This document shows positions 50,236-59,041 of a DNA stretch of 64,000 bases, piece by piece; the first letter of the stretch is position 1, and each line of letters begins with the position of its first letter. Origin of the DNA: an uncultured candidate division Zixibacteria bacterium (GTDB lineage Bacteria; Zixibacteria; MSB-5A5; UBA10806); contig CAWFQL010000009.1 in the NCBI GenBank assembly GCA_963817915.1, forward strand, positions 32,001 to 96,000. The letters run 5' to 3'. The translations under genes were made by a program, and so were the position numbers. The notes beneath the pieces are model-generated. The model was not told the origin of the DNA and did not search any database. It saw only the letters and a program-made list of their open reading frames with translations.

Positions 50236-52278
50236 ATAATAATTCTCGGCCTTTATCCGACGCGATCACCCTTGGCATAGTCTCAATTGCAACTCAAGTT
50301 ATCTATCTTCGATTCGTATTATCATCCGAAATAGCGGGAGAATTATACGCCGCCTTTCGCAATCGGTGGATGGCTGGCCTGGGTTGGGATCGGCGCATTT
50401 GTAGGAAGGAAGATAGCCTCGAAAAAACCGTCCTTACTGTGGATATTTTCCGGTATTATCAAACTCCCCATTGCGGCTGTAATAATTATCTATCCTTCAT
50501 TTTTTACAGGCATACTTGGCCCATTCCAGTTTCTGCCTTTGGCATTCGGGGTTCTAGCATTGCCAGGCCTTATCTATGGTGTAATTTTTTCTGCTCTGAT
50601 TACCGCTGAAGCAAAAACTTCAATTATTTATAGGTATGAATCTATTGGATCTGTAATCGGTGGATTAGCAGTTACGGCCTGGGCATTCGCGGGATTAGGC
50701 GATATCTATATGTTGGTTATTTTGGCATTGTTGGAGTTTTCGAGGATATTTTCCCGCAGGGCAGTAGCGTTTGGATTTGCAATCATTGCGATTTTGGCCG
50801 GCTACTTAATCCAGCCGCTTATCGAAAGCGCAGTATTTCCTTTAAGGTGGCCGGGCTACGATAAATATGAATCAGCCCATGGGCCGAGCGGCTCGTGGCT
50901 CAAGGCCGAGAAAGCGGAAGAATACTACTTAGCCCATAATGGGCGATTTATTTTTCAGGACAGAGCCTCATCGGAGGATGCAATCCTTTGGCCGCTTTTA
51001 TTCAAACCAGATGCCGTTAAGATGCTTTTAATAAGCTTTGAAGGGAGCCTGGCCTATCAATACTTGCCGAAACATGTAAAGCCTTCGATTTTAATTTCGG
51101 ATGGCACATTTCTACAGTTAGCCGATTTCGATAAGTCTTTGTACCTTCTCGGCGATCCGTTATCCTTTTCTTCTGAGGTGAAATTCGATATCGTGAATAT
51201 ATATTTGCCCGGCGCGGCTAGTATTATTGATTACCGGATGGAAACCGACTATTTCTTCAAGCGATGCAAATCATTTCTAAATTACGACGGTATCTTATAT
51301 GTTTCGTTGCCCTCAGATGAAAATTACCTGGGTGCTAAGCTTTCCAAATATCAATCAGCGGTTTATGGCACTCTAAATTCAATTTTCAGACGGATAGAAA
51401 TAGTCCCGGGTTTGCGGGCCGGGTTTGTCTGTTTCCAAACGGACTCAATTAAATTTGAGTCAAACCTGCTCAATTCGAATATCTCGGCCGCAGGCATAAA
51501 TTCGCCTTATTTCAATAAACAATATATTATGAATATTCTGAATCCATTGCGACGCGCCAATTTCAATGCGTCATTGGATTCTAATGCTACTGCAAATTCT
51601 ACTCAGCGGCCGATGTCGGTTTTGAATTATCTTAAGTGGCAGGGGTCAAAATTTGGCAAGTCCGCGCGAATCTTCGCTATTTTGGACAAGCCATTTATTT
51701 ATCTGGCCTTCGTTTTTTTATTAGTAATTCCATTTTTAATTTCAAGACTCGCAAATACGAATTTCAGATCGTTATTCCTGATTACCGGTGTTGGCTTTAT
51801 TGGAATGGCATTTGAAATATTGATCTTATACCTATTCCAGATATTTTATGGGACTTTGTACCTTCATATCGGAATGATAATCGCAGTTTTCATGGCCGGA
51901 ATATCCATCGGTTCTATTTCATCCGGGAAGCTGACATTTTATCAATTAATTACGGGCAACATTTTGATCGCGATTGGAATATGGCTGTGCCTGAAGGCCG
52001 CCGGCGTTGAAATGGGCTTGCCAATTGGCGGATTTGTATTATATATGGTTTCACTTATGGCGGGTTTTTTCAGCGGAGGGCTATTTTCAAAGACAGTCGA
52101 TAGTCAAAGGGATGACATTCTCTATGGGGCGGTATTCTACGGAACCGATCTCAACGGGGCATTGTTAGCCGCCATTTTTGTCCCGGGATTGCTGATAGCA
52201 CTTGGCGCGGATGGAATAATAATCAGCATAATTTCAATAAGTTTCGCCATTTTGGCAACTTTATCATTCAGAAATTAG
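50232..52278 (+). CDS. Membrane-fused spermidine-synthase-like protein (degenerate SAM site; +1 frameshift at ~50356)
   Basis: TM block (ATQVIYLR...GELY), IYRYESIGSVIGG, a central Rossmann-like region (FDIV...LNYDGILYV), then TM block GFIGMAFEILILYLFQIFYGTLY...FYGTDLNGA. Confidence 0.65.
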
Positions 52279-52339
52279 TAGAATAGTCGATGGGATAATG
52301 TGATAGTAATTTATTTTGACAATATTCGATTCAGGAGGA

Positions 52340-54013
52340 ATGATGAAAATTAAACGAAAAATCGGGATTGCAGCCTTAATATCTATAATAGTATTTGGGA
52401 TCTTTGCCGTCTCTATCGCCCAACGGCCGAATGATAATATCTATTCATTGGTAAAATTGTCATCGGATATAGCTTTTAAAATCAATGCGAGATATGTGGA
52501 TAGTCTTGATGTTCAAAGCCTGGTGTACTCGGGCATACGAGGTATGCTCGATAATCTTGATCCATTCTCAGAATTTCTCGAGAAAAAGGATTACGACATT
52601 CTTATGGAAGCGACATCGGGCAAGTACTCGGGGCTCGGAATGACGATTTTCCTCAAGGATAATTGGGTTACGGTGGTTGCTCCCATGGAAGGGACGCCCG
52701 CGTATAGAATGGGTGTTCGAGCAGGCGATAGAATCATTCAAATCGATGATAAATCGGCTAAAGGAATGTCAACTTCGGAAGCATCGAAACTAATGAGAGG
52801 CGAAGCTGGAACAAAGGTTAAGCTTACGATTGAACGGGAAGGGGTGGTCGACCCGCTCGAATATACAATGGAACGAGCCGTCATCACGATCAAGACTGTG
52901 CCATTTTCCGGTGTAATGGATGAGAATGGAAAGAGGATTGGATATATTCGTCTTTCAAGATTTGGCGAGGGCGCCGACAGCGAGCTCGATCAGGCTATCG
53001 AGGAAATGTCACATCAAAAACTCGATGGGCTAATTTTCGATTTACGCTCCAATGGTGGCGGTTTGCTTGATCAGGCGATTAAGGTATCGAATTATTATTT
53101 ACCCAAAGGAACTGAAATAGTTTCGACTAAGGGCAGGACTCCAGATCAGGATAGAGTCAGCTATGCGACTAATGACGCGCTTGTGCCTAAAGTGCCGCTC
53201 GTTGTTTTGGTGAATGAAGGTTCAGCATCGGCATCGGAGATCGTGGCCGGCGCGATTCAGGATTCCGACCGGGGAGTGCTAATCGGAAATACAACATTCG
53301 GCAAAGGCCTGGTGCAGCAAATTTATCAGCTTACCGAAGGCACGGCGTTGAAGCTGACAACCGCAAAATACTATGTGCCATCGGGTAGATGTATTCAAAA
53401 AGATATCCGATCGACCAGACATCCCGAAGACCTCGCTGGCAGTGATACAGTCAAAATCGATTCGACTAAATTAGAAGTATTTCATACGAAATCCGGACGC
53501 AAAGTATACGCGGGGGGCGGCGTGACTCCGGATATCGTTGTCAATCCGGAAAAATTAAATCCGCTCGAAATCAATCTCGAACGCCTTTCGATATTCTTCG
53601 ATTTTTCGATAAAATATACCAATGAACATCCCAAGCTTCCGCCGGATTTTGAGGTTGATGACGCCATAATGAGTGAATTCAAAGATTTCCTAAAAGAAAA
53701 GAAATTCACATATAAGAGCGATCTGGAAAATTCATTGGATCAGATGAAAAAGGTGGCCAAGGATACCGGAAGAGAATCAGCTTTCGCGGCCGAATTTGAT
53801 CGCCTTGCCACAAGTATAAATGCCGATAAGGAAAATGAATTCAATCAAAGCCTCGACTATATAAAACGTTCGATTAAAAGAGATGTTCTCACACGTCTTT
53901 ACAGCGAGTCTGAGGTTTATCGCCAACTGATTCTTAAGACCGACCCATATGTTAAAAAGGCAGTCGAGGTTTTGACATCTCCGAAAGAATATGCCGACAT
54001 TCTCGGCGGATAG
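52340..54013 (+). CDS. S41 carboxyl-terminal processing protease (CtpA/Prc-like)
   Basis: LDPFS, a PDZ domain, DLRSNGGGLL, SASASEIVAGAIQD, TFGKGLVQ and LTTAKYYVPSGRCIQ. Confidence 0.95.
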   Translation: MMKIKRKIGIAALISIIVFGIFAVSIAQRPNDNIYSLVKLSSDIAFKINARYVDSLDVQSLVYSGIRGMLDNLDPFSEFLEKKDYDILMEATSGKYSGLGMTIFLKDNWVTVVAPMEGTPAYRMGVRAGDRIIQIDDKSAKGMSTSEASKLMRGEAGTKVKLTIEREGVVDPLEYTMERAVITIKTVPFSGVMDENGKRIGYIRLSRFGEGADSELDQAIEEMSHQKLDGLIFDLRSNGGGLLDQAIKVSNYYLPKGTEIVSTKGRTPDQDRVSYATNDALVPKVPLVVLVNEGSASASEIVAGAIQDSDRGVLIGNTTFGKGLVQQIYQLTEGTALKLTTAKYYVPSGRCIQKDIRSTRHPEDLAGSDTVKIDSTKLEVFHTKSGRKVYAGGGVTPDIVVNPEKLNPLEINLERLSIFFDFSIKYTNEHPKLPPDFEVDDAIMSEFKDFLKEKKFTYKSDLENSLDQMKKVAKDTGRESAFAAEFDRLATSINADKENEFNQSLDYIKRSIKRDVLTRLYSESEVYRQLILKTDPYVKKAVEVLTSPKEYADILGG

Positions 54014-54035
54014 TAAATATACTTAATACTGCTTG

Positions 54036-54067
54036 AAAAGTCGGCTCCCCAAAGGGGCCGATTTTTT
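54036..54067 (+). terminator. Intrinsic terminator
   Basis: TCGGCTCC-ccaaa-GGGGCCGA followed by TTTTTT. Confidence 0.85.
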
Positions 54068-54135
54068 CATATACCCATATATATTAAGCTGTTAAAATAT
54101 TTATGGTTAAATCGACCCTATATTATATTTTCTGC

Positions 54136-54164
54136 TTGACAAAAATAGTCGTATGTGATAAATT
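54136..54164 (+). promoter_or_regulatory. Sigma70 promoter of the moeA-like gene
   Basis: TTGACA-N17-TAAATT, giving a ~150-nt leader before ATG 54319. Confidence 0.55.
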
Positions 54165-54318
54165 TTGCGCAGTTTGGAGGGGTCCTTACTTGGTAACGAA
54201 AATTTTAAGACGAAATAATTTTCTATCGGGAGTAATTTCCGCGGGCCCTTGCAGCTAAGTAGATGATTTTTTACTTCGGCTAATAATATCTGTGCCTTCA
54301 GATGGAGGGGGAGGTTTC

Positions 54319-55545
54319 ATGATATCGGTAGATCGGGCGCTGCAGATTGTTTTAGACAATACTCGAATTCTCGACAAAATTGAGGTTTCCGCGCTGGACT
54401 CGCTTGGTATGGTCCTGGCTGACGAAATAGTATCCAAGGAGGATATTCCTCCTTATGATACTGTGATGATCGATGGTTACGCGTTGAGGAGCGCGGATGT
54501 TACCAGATGTGGTCAAACAGCTCCGGTAGTTCTTGAATTGGATGGGGAAGCCAAGGTTGGCACCATCTGGAAAGATACAATTCAGGCAGGGCATGCTGTT
54601 AAAGTGCCAGTGGGGTCCGCGATGCCAGAAGGCGCGGATACAATTGTATCATCGGAACACGCGGTTCGTGATAGTTCTTCGAAAGTAAAAATTTATAAGA
54701 CTGAACGGCCGGGCGAAGGTATTTTCCTTAAGGGCAGCGATATAGTCACTGGTTCTCCAGTTCTAAATGAGGGGAGGGTATTAACTGTTGCTGATATCGG
54801 AGTGCTGGGGGCGATCGGTCAATCGGTTGTATCATGTTATCGTAAACCGAAAGTATCATTTTTCGCCTATGGAAATGACCTCATTTCACCTGAAGACCCA
54901 TTTACCACGGGCAAAATTCGCGCCAGTAATTGTATGGCCCTTCAATGCCAATTGAATGAATACGGAGCCGCTCCGGTCAATCTTGGGATAATTGGTTCGG
55001 ATACCAATTTGCTAAAACAAAAAGTCGAGAAAGCGATTGAAAGCGATATGTTTATCGCGTCGGTCGGATCATCATTGGATGATTTCGATTCTGTAAAGAG
55101 CATATTGCAGAGATTGGGCATGGATTTGAAATTCTGGAAAGTCGCAATCAAGCCTGGAAAACCTGTCATTTTCGGTACAATCAATGGTCTGCCGGTTTTT
55201 GGATTATCTAATAATCACTTATCATCGATGGTCGTACTGGAGCAATTTATCAAGCCCGCCATTCATAAGATGCAGGGTAAACGGGATTTCAGGAGAACCG
55301 AAGTAATCGCCAGGCTCGATAAGGATATCAAGGGCGGCGGAGGTTTGACATATTTTGTAAGGGCGGAAGTCAAAGTCACTGATGACGGCTTCCTCGCCAT
55401 ACCCGCCGGGTCCAAAACCTCGCAATCGGTGAGAGCTTTCTGCTCGGCTAATGGTTTTATAATAGTTCCACAGCAGGTAAGCCAGATCAATGCCGGTGAA
55501 ATGGTCAAGGTTATGATTGTTTCTGATTTATCTTCGCTGGGATAG
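54319..55545 (+). CDS. moeA: MoeA/gephyrin-like molybdopterin molybdotransferase homolog with degenerate motifs
   Basis: MISVDRAL, GMVLADEI, DGYALRSAD, MPEGAD, WKVAIKPGKP and ANGFIIVP...AGEMVKV. ATG follows a GGAGG RBS. Confidence 0.85.
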   Translation: MISVDRALQIVLDNTRILDKIEVSALDSLGMVLADEIVSKEDIPPYDTVMIDGYALRSADVTRCGQTAPVVLELDGEAKVGTIWKDTIQAGHAVKVPVGSAMPEGADTIVSSEHAVRDSSSKVKIYKTERPGEGIFLKGSDIVTGSPVLNEGRVLTVADIGVLGAIGQSVVSCYRKPKVSFFAYGNDLISPEDPFTTGKIRASNCMALQCQLNEYGAAPVNLGIIGSDTNLLKQKVEKAIESDMFIASVGSSLDDFDSVKSILQRLGMDLKFWKVAIKPGKPVIFGTINGLPVFGLSNNHLSSMVVLEQFIKPAIHKMQGKRDFRRTEVIARLDKDIKGGGGLTYFVRAEVKVTDDGFLAIPAGSKTSQSVRAFCSANGFIIVPQQVSQINAGEMVKVMIVSDLSSLG

Positions 55546-55589
55546 TAAAAATCGCGGATTTTTATATAATCTCGATGCAATCTATAAAT

Positions 55590-56048
55590 TTACGCGAGTT
55601 TTTCTTCGCTTGGAAATTTGACTTTATGGAAAATTAATATATGCAAACCCAACATCAACATCCCGACATCTTCCAATACTCTTAATAATAGATTCGATTT
55701 AACTGCAGTCGATGTAGTAAAACAACCGCAAGCTACATTAATTCCTCTCAATGGCAGTTACTGCCAGAACAACCATAAAAACTACAAGCAATCCACTGAT
55801 TATCAAGCTTGATGGCTTTACTTTGATGCCCATGATTAACAGTGCCCCAGCAATAAATTCGATCCAGGGTAATATTACCGCCCATATATTAATAGTATTG
55901 GGAGGCATGAAGCCTGTAGTAATGATTGATTGTCGCAAAGCCCAGAGGATTTGATATTTTATCGATACTTGCATAAATAAACAATCCGCCCAAAATAAGC
56001 CGGGAGATGAATAACACCTTAGAATTGGTCTAAAAAATTACTTATCAT
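55590..56048 (-). CDS. MauE/DoxX-family membrane protein (at least three frameshifts, at ~56030, ~55920 and ~55750)
   Basis: Reconstructed as SRLILGGLFIYASIDKISNPLGFA...AVILPWIEFIAGALL...RGINVACGCF...EEKLA*. The ATG overlaps the rhodanese stop. Confidence 0.75.
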
Positions 56049-56550
56049 CTTTTGAACTCTCAATAGGCAATCCTTCGTCTTTCCACGTAAGCCATCCGCC
56101 GAAGAATGTATAAGTTTTCTTATATCCCTGTTGTTTTAGCTCTCGTTCGAGAAATAGAGATAATTCGCAATCCAATCCTTCACAATAGGCCACAATCTCG
56201 GTATCGGGACTGAGGTTTCCCTTGACACTTTCCCAATATGAATCCCATTCTTCGAATGGCAGGTTTAATGCCCCCTTTATATGGCCATCGGAATACTCTG
56301 ACTGTCCTCTGGCATCAATAAAAATCGCCTTTTTCTGGAGAAAGAGATTATAGGCGTCCTCAAGCGAAATCAATGAATCGCCCGGTTGGTATGAAGGGGG
56401 TACAGCCAATTTTTGTATTTTCCTGTTATCGGGCCAAGGGGTGCTTAATGGCAACCCGCCCATTGATAAGCGTACCCTGGCGGCATTAACACCAAAACCA
56501 AGGGCTGCCGCAATAATTACAATTAAAATGGCATCTCGGATCGTCTTCAT
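56038..56550 (-). CDS. Membrane-anchored rhodanese-like protein
   Basis: N-terminal TM helix, IFIDAR, GHIKGALNLP, AYCEGLDCELS and FFGGWLTWKDEGLP. Confidence 0.88.
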   Translation of the reverse strand: MKTIRDAILIVIIAAALGFGVNAARVRLSMGGLPLSTPWPDNRKIQKLAVPPSYQPGDSLISLEDAYNLFLQKKAIFIDARGQSEYSDGHIKGALNLPFEEWDSYWESVKGNLSPDTEIVAYCEGLDCELSLFLERELKQQGYKKTYTFFGGWLTWKDEGLPIESSKDDK

Positions 56551-56556
56551 AGGCAT

Positions 56557-56584
56557 ATAATAGCAAGTGGTAGTAAAATGTCAA
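56557..56584 (-). promoter_or_regulatory. Sigma70 promoter predicting a leaderless rhodanese mRNA
   Basis: TTGACA-N16-TATTAT-N6-ATG with no SD sequence. Confidence 0.55.
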
Positions 56585-56647
56585 GTGAATCCAAAACGCA
56601 AAATTTAGTTGACATTTTCTTTTTATATAGATAAATTTACTCCCTGA

Positions 56648-57160
56648 GTGGTTATGATATACAGGCAGGTACTGGTCTTAAATCAGAACTTCGAGCCACT
56701 TTCCGTTTGCAGTGTAAAGCGTGCAGTGATAATGAGTTATTTGGGTAGGGCGGAGATCGTTGAAACGCTTGACGGACAGGTACTTCGATCACAAAACGCT
56801 CGGTTTCCGATTCCATCGGTTATCAGGTTAGATTATTATGTCAAGGTGCCGATCAAGAAGATTTTATTGACTCGAAAGAACATTATTAAAAGGGATGGTG
56901 GACGATGTCAATATTGCGGCGAAAAGAAGCCAAGTATGACAGTGGATCATGTAATCCCGAAGATTTACGGTGGAGCCGATACCTGGGAAAACCTGGTATG
57001 TGCTTGTCAATCATGCAATAATAAAAAAGGTCATATGGTCCCCGAACAGGCCGGGATGAAGTTAATTAAAAAGCCCCAAAGGCCCAACAACATCACCTTT
57101 ATTCAGCAGTTTGTTGGTATTTCTGATCGCTGCTGGAGGAGATACCTTTTCTTAGATTAA
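56648..57160 (+). CDS. HNH endonuclease (McrA-like)
   Basis: VLVLNQNFEPL, PSVIRL, RDGGRCQYCG and TVDHVIP...TWENLVCACQSCNNKKG. Confidence 0.9.
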   Translation: MVMIYRQVLVLNQNFEPLSVCSVKRAVIMSYLGRAEIVETLDGQVLRSQNARFPIPSVIRLDYYVKVPIKKILLTRKNIIKRDGGRCQYCGEKKPSMTVDHVIPKIYGGADTWENLVCACQSCNNKKGHMVPEQAGMKLIKKPQRPNNITFIQQFVGISDRCWRRYLFLD

Positions 57161-57294
57161 TAATGTGAGGTTAGAGGCAAACTAAACCAATAATCATTAT
57201 CCCAGTAAAAAAATAGATGAGAATAATCGACAAATTCGATTATTGATGATATTCTTGCATCAAGTGGAAGAACACGCAACTAACGGAGGAATTC

Positions 57295-58281
57295 TTGCCA
57301 GCTAAGCCAGTGATACTATCGGGGATGCAGCCAACAGGCCAACTGCATCTTGGCAATTACGAAGGAGCCTTAAAAAATTGGGTATCATTACAAGATAAAT
57401 ATTATATGTATCTTTGCATTGTCGATTGGCACGCTCTGACATCCGATTTTAACGATACCGCGAAATTACAGGATAGAATATTCGAAGCGGCATTTGATTA
57501 CTTGGCTGCTGGCCTTGATCCAGAGAAATGCTCAATCTTTGTTCAATCCGATATCAAAGAGCACGCGGAGCTTCTTCTTTTATTTTCGATGATAGTTCCC
57601 ATACCTTGGTTGGAAAGAGTGCCGTCTTATAAAGAAAAAGTTGAATCATTGGGGCTGGATAGCTATGGTTTTCTCGGTTATCCGCTTCTGCAGGCTGCTG
57701 ATATTTTACTTTATAAGGCCGATGGTGTACCGGTTGGCAAAGATCAGCTGCCTCATATCGAATTGACAAGGGAAGTCGCTCGTCGATTCAATAGTTTCTA
57801 TGGTCAGATATTTCCTGAGCCCGATGCTATTATGGCAAAATTCCCCTATATCCCAGGCACAGATGGGCGCAAAATGAGCAAATCGTATGGGAATGATATC
57901 CGTCTTGCCGAATCTGCTGAGGAAACGACTAAAAAGATTAAAAAGATGATGACTGACCCGCTAAAGGTCTATAAGGGTGATCCGGGCAGACCCGAGGTTT
58001 GCCCGGTATATTCTCTCCATGAAATTTATACTCCCGAAACCAAGGAAATCCATTCCGGCTGTACTTCCGGCCAGCTTGGATGTGTCGATTGCAAGATGAA
58101 ATTGGCGGCGAATTTGAATAAAGCCCTGGAATCATTGAGAGCCAAGAGAAAAGAGCTTGAAAATAATAGAAAATATGTTATTAATACATTAGCAAAGGGG
58201 GCCGATGAGGCCAGGCAGCGTGCTGCTGCTACCATGGACGAGGTGAGAAGCGCTATGAACTTAAAGAGGGCCAATGCCTGA
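57295..58281 (+). CDS. trpS: Tryptophan--tRNA ligase
   Basis: SGMQPTGQLHLGN, YPLLQAADIL, VPVGKDQLPH and KMSKS. Confidence 0.97.
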   Translation: MPAKPVILSGMQPTGQLHLGNYEGALKNWVSLQDKYYMYLCIVDWHALTSDFNDTAKLQDRIFEAAFDYLAAGLDPEKCSIFVQSDIKEHAELLLLFSMIVPIPWLERVPSYKEKVESLGLDSYGFLGYPLLQAADILLYKADGVPVGKDQLPHIELTREVARRFNSFYGQIFPEPDAIMAKFPYIPGTDGRKMSKSYGNDIRLAESAEETTKKIKKMMTDPLKVYKGDPGRPEVCPVYSLHEIYTPETKEIHSGCTSGQLGCVDCKMKLAANLNKALESLRAKRKELENNRKYVINTLAKGADEARQRAAATMDEVRSAMNLKRANA

Positions 58282-59041
58282 TATATTTGCCAATCCAGCC
58301 GCGGGGCTTCAATTTGATCTTGAGGCATTCGATGGTCCGCTTGATTTATTGCTTTATCTGATCAAAAAAGATGAAGTCGATATATACGATATTCCGATAG
58401 CCGAAATTACTCGTCAATACTTGGCATATTTGGAGGCTTGCAGGGAATTGAGTCTGGAAGTAGCCGGCGAATTTCTTTACATGGCCGCGATGCTCATCAG
58501 AATCAAATCACAGATGCTACTGCCTCAGCCGGGTGAGACCGAGGAATGGGAAGACCCTCGAACCGAACTTGTAAATGCCCTCTTAGAGTATAAGAAAATC
58601 AAAAAGATCGCGATTGAACTCGAAGCTCTCGCTGAAAATCAAAGCAAACGGCATATACGGCTTGAGAATATCGACAAGGAATTTCCTACGCCGGAGCCGG
58701 AGCTGATGAGGGTAGACCTGACATCTCTAATGATCGCATTCGGCGAAATAATCCGAAGGGCGCCCAAGGATATCACTTACAGCATTGTCGCGCAGGAAAT
58801 TACAGTTGATATGCGTAAGAAGCATATAATGATTCTATTTGGGGATAAGGATGCAGTTCTGTTTGAAGAGCTCTTCCTGGATGATCCCAGAAGAATCGTC
58901 ATGGTCGTAACCTTTGTCGCGCTTTTGGAGTTAGTAAAATCGGGGATATTACGGGTGGAACAAGCGACTAGATTTTCGCAAATCAGGATCATGAAACGGC
59001 AGTCTGAAATGATTTTGTTGGCGGAAGAAGAAATAATATGA
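58274..59041 (+). CDS. scpA: Segregation/condensation protein A
   Basis: FDGPLDLLLYLI, DIPIAEITRQYL, IKSQMLLP, EDPR and VTFVALLELVK. Confidence 0.95.
   Translation: MPDIFANPAAGLQFDLEAFDGPLDLLLYLIKKDEVDIYDIPIAEITRQYLAYLEACRELSLEVAGEFLYMAAMLIRIKSQMLLPQPGETEEWEDPRTELVNALLEYKKIKKIAIELEALAENQSKRHIRLENIDKEFPTPEPELMRVDLTSLMIAFGEIIRRAPKDITYSIVAQEITVDMRKKHIMILFGDKDAVLFEELFLDDPRRIVMVVTFVALLELVKSGILRVEQATRFSQIRIMKRQSEMILLAEEEII

Noticed and set aside
54170..54318. Canonical Moco riboswitch before moeA
   Set aside because: The conserved core is not recognisable; kept only as a generic structured-leader candidate.
56648..57160. HNH gene as a homing endonuclease, IscB/Cas9 relic or restriction system
   Set aside because: It is a short standalone McrA-like protein with no RuvC motifs, intron, methyltransferase, array or flanking repeats.
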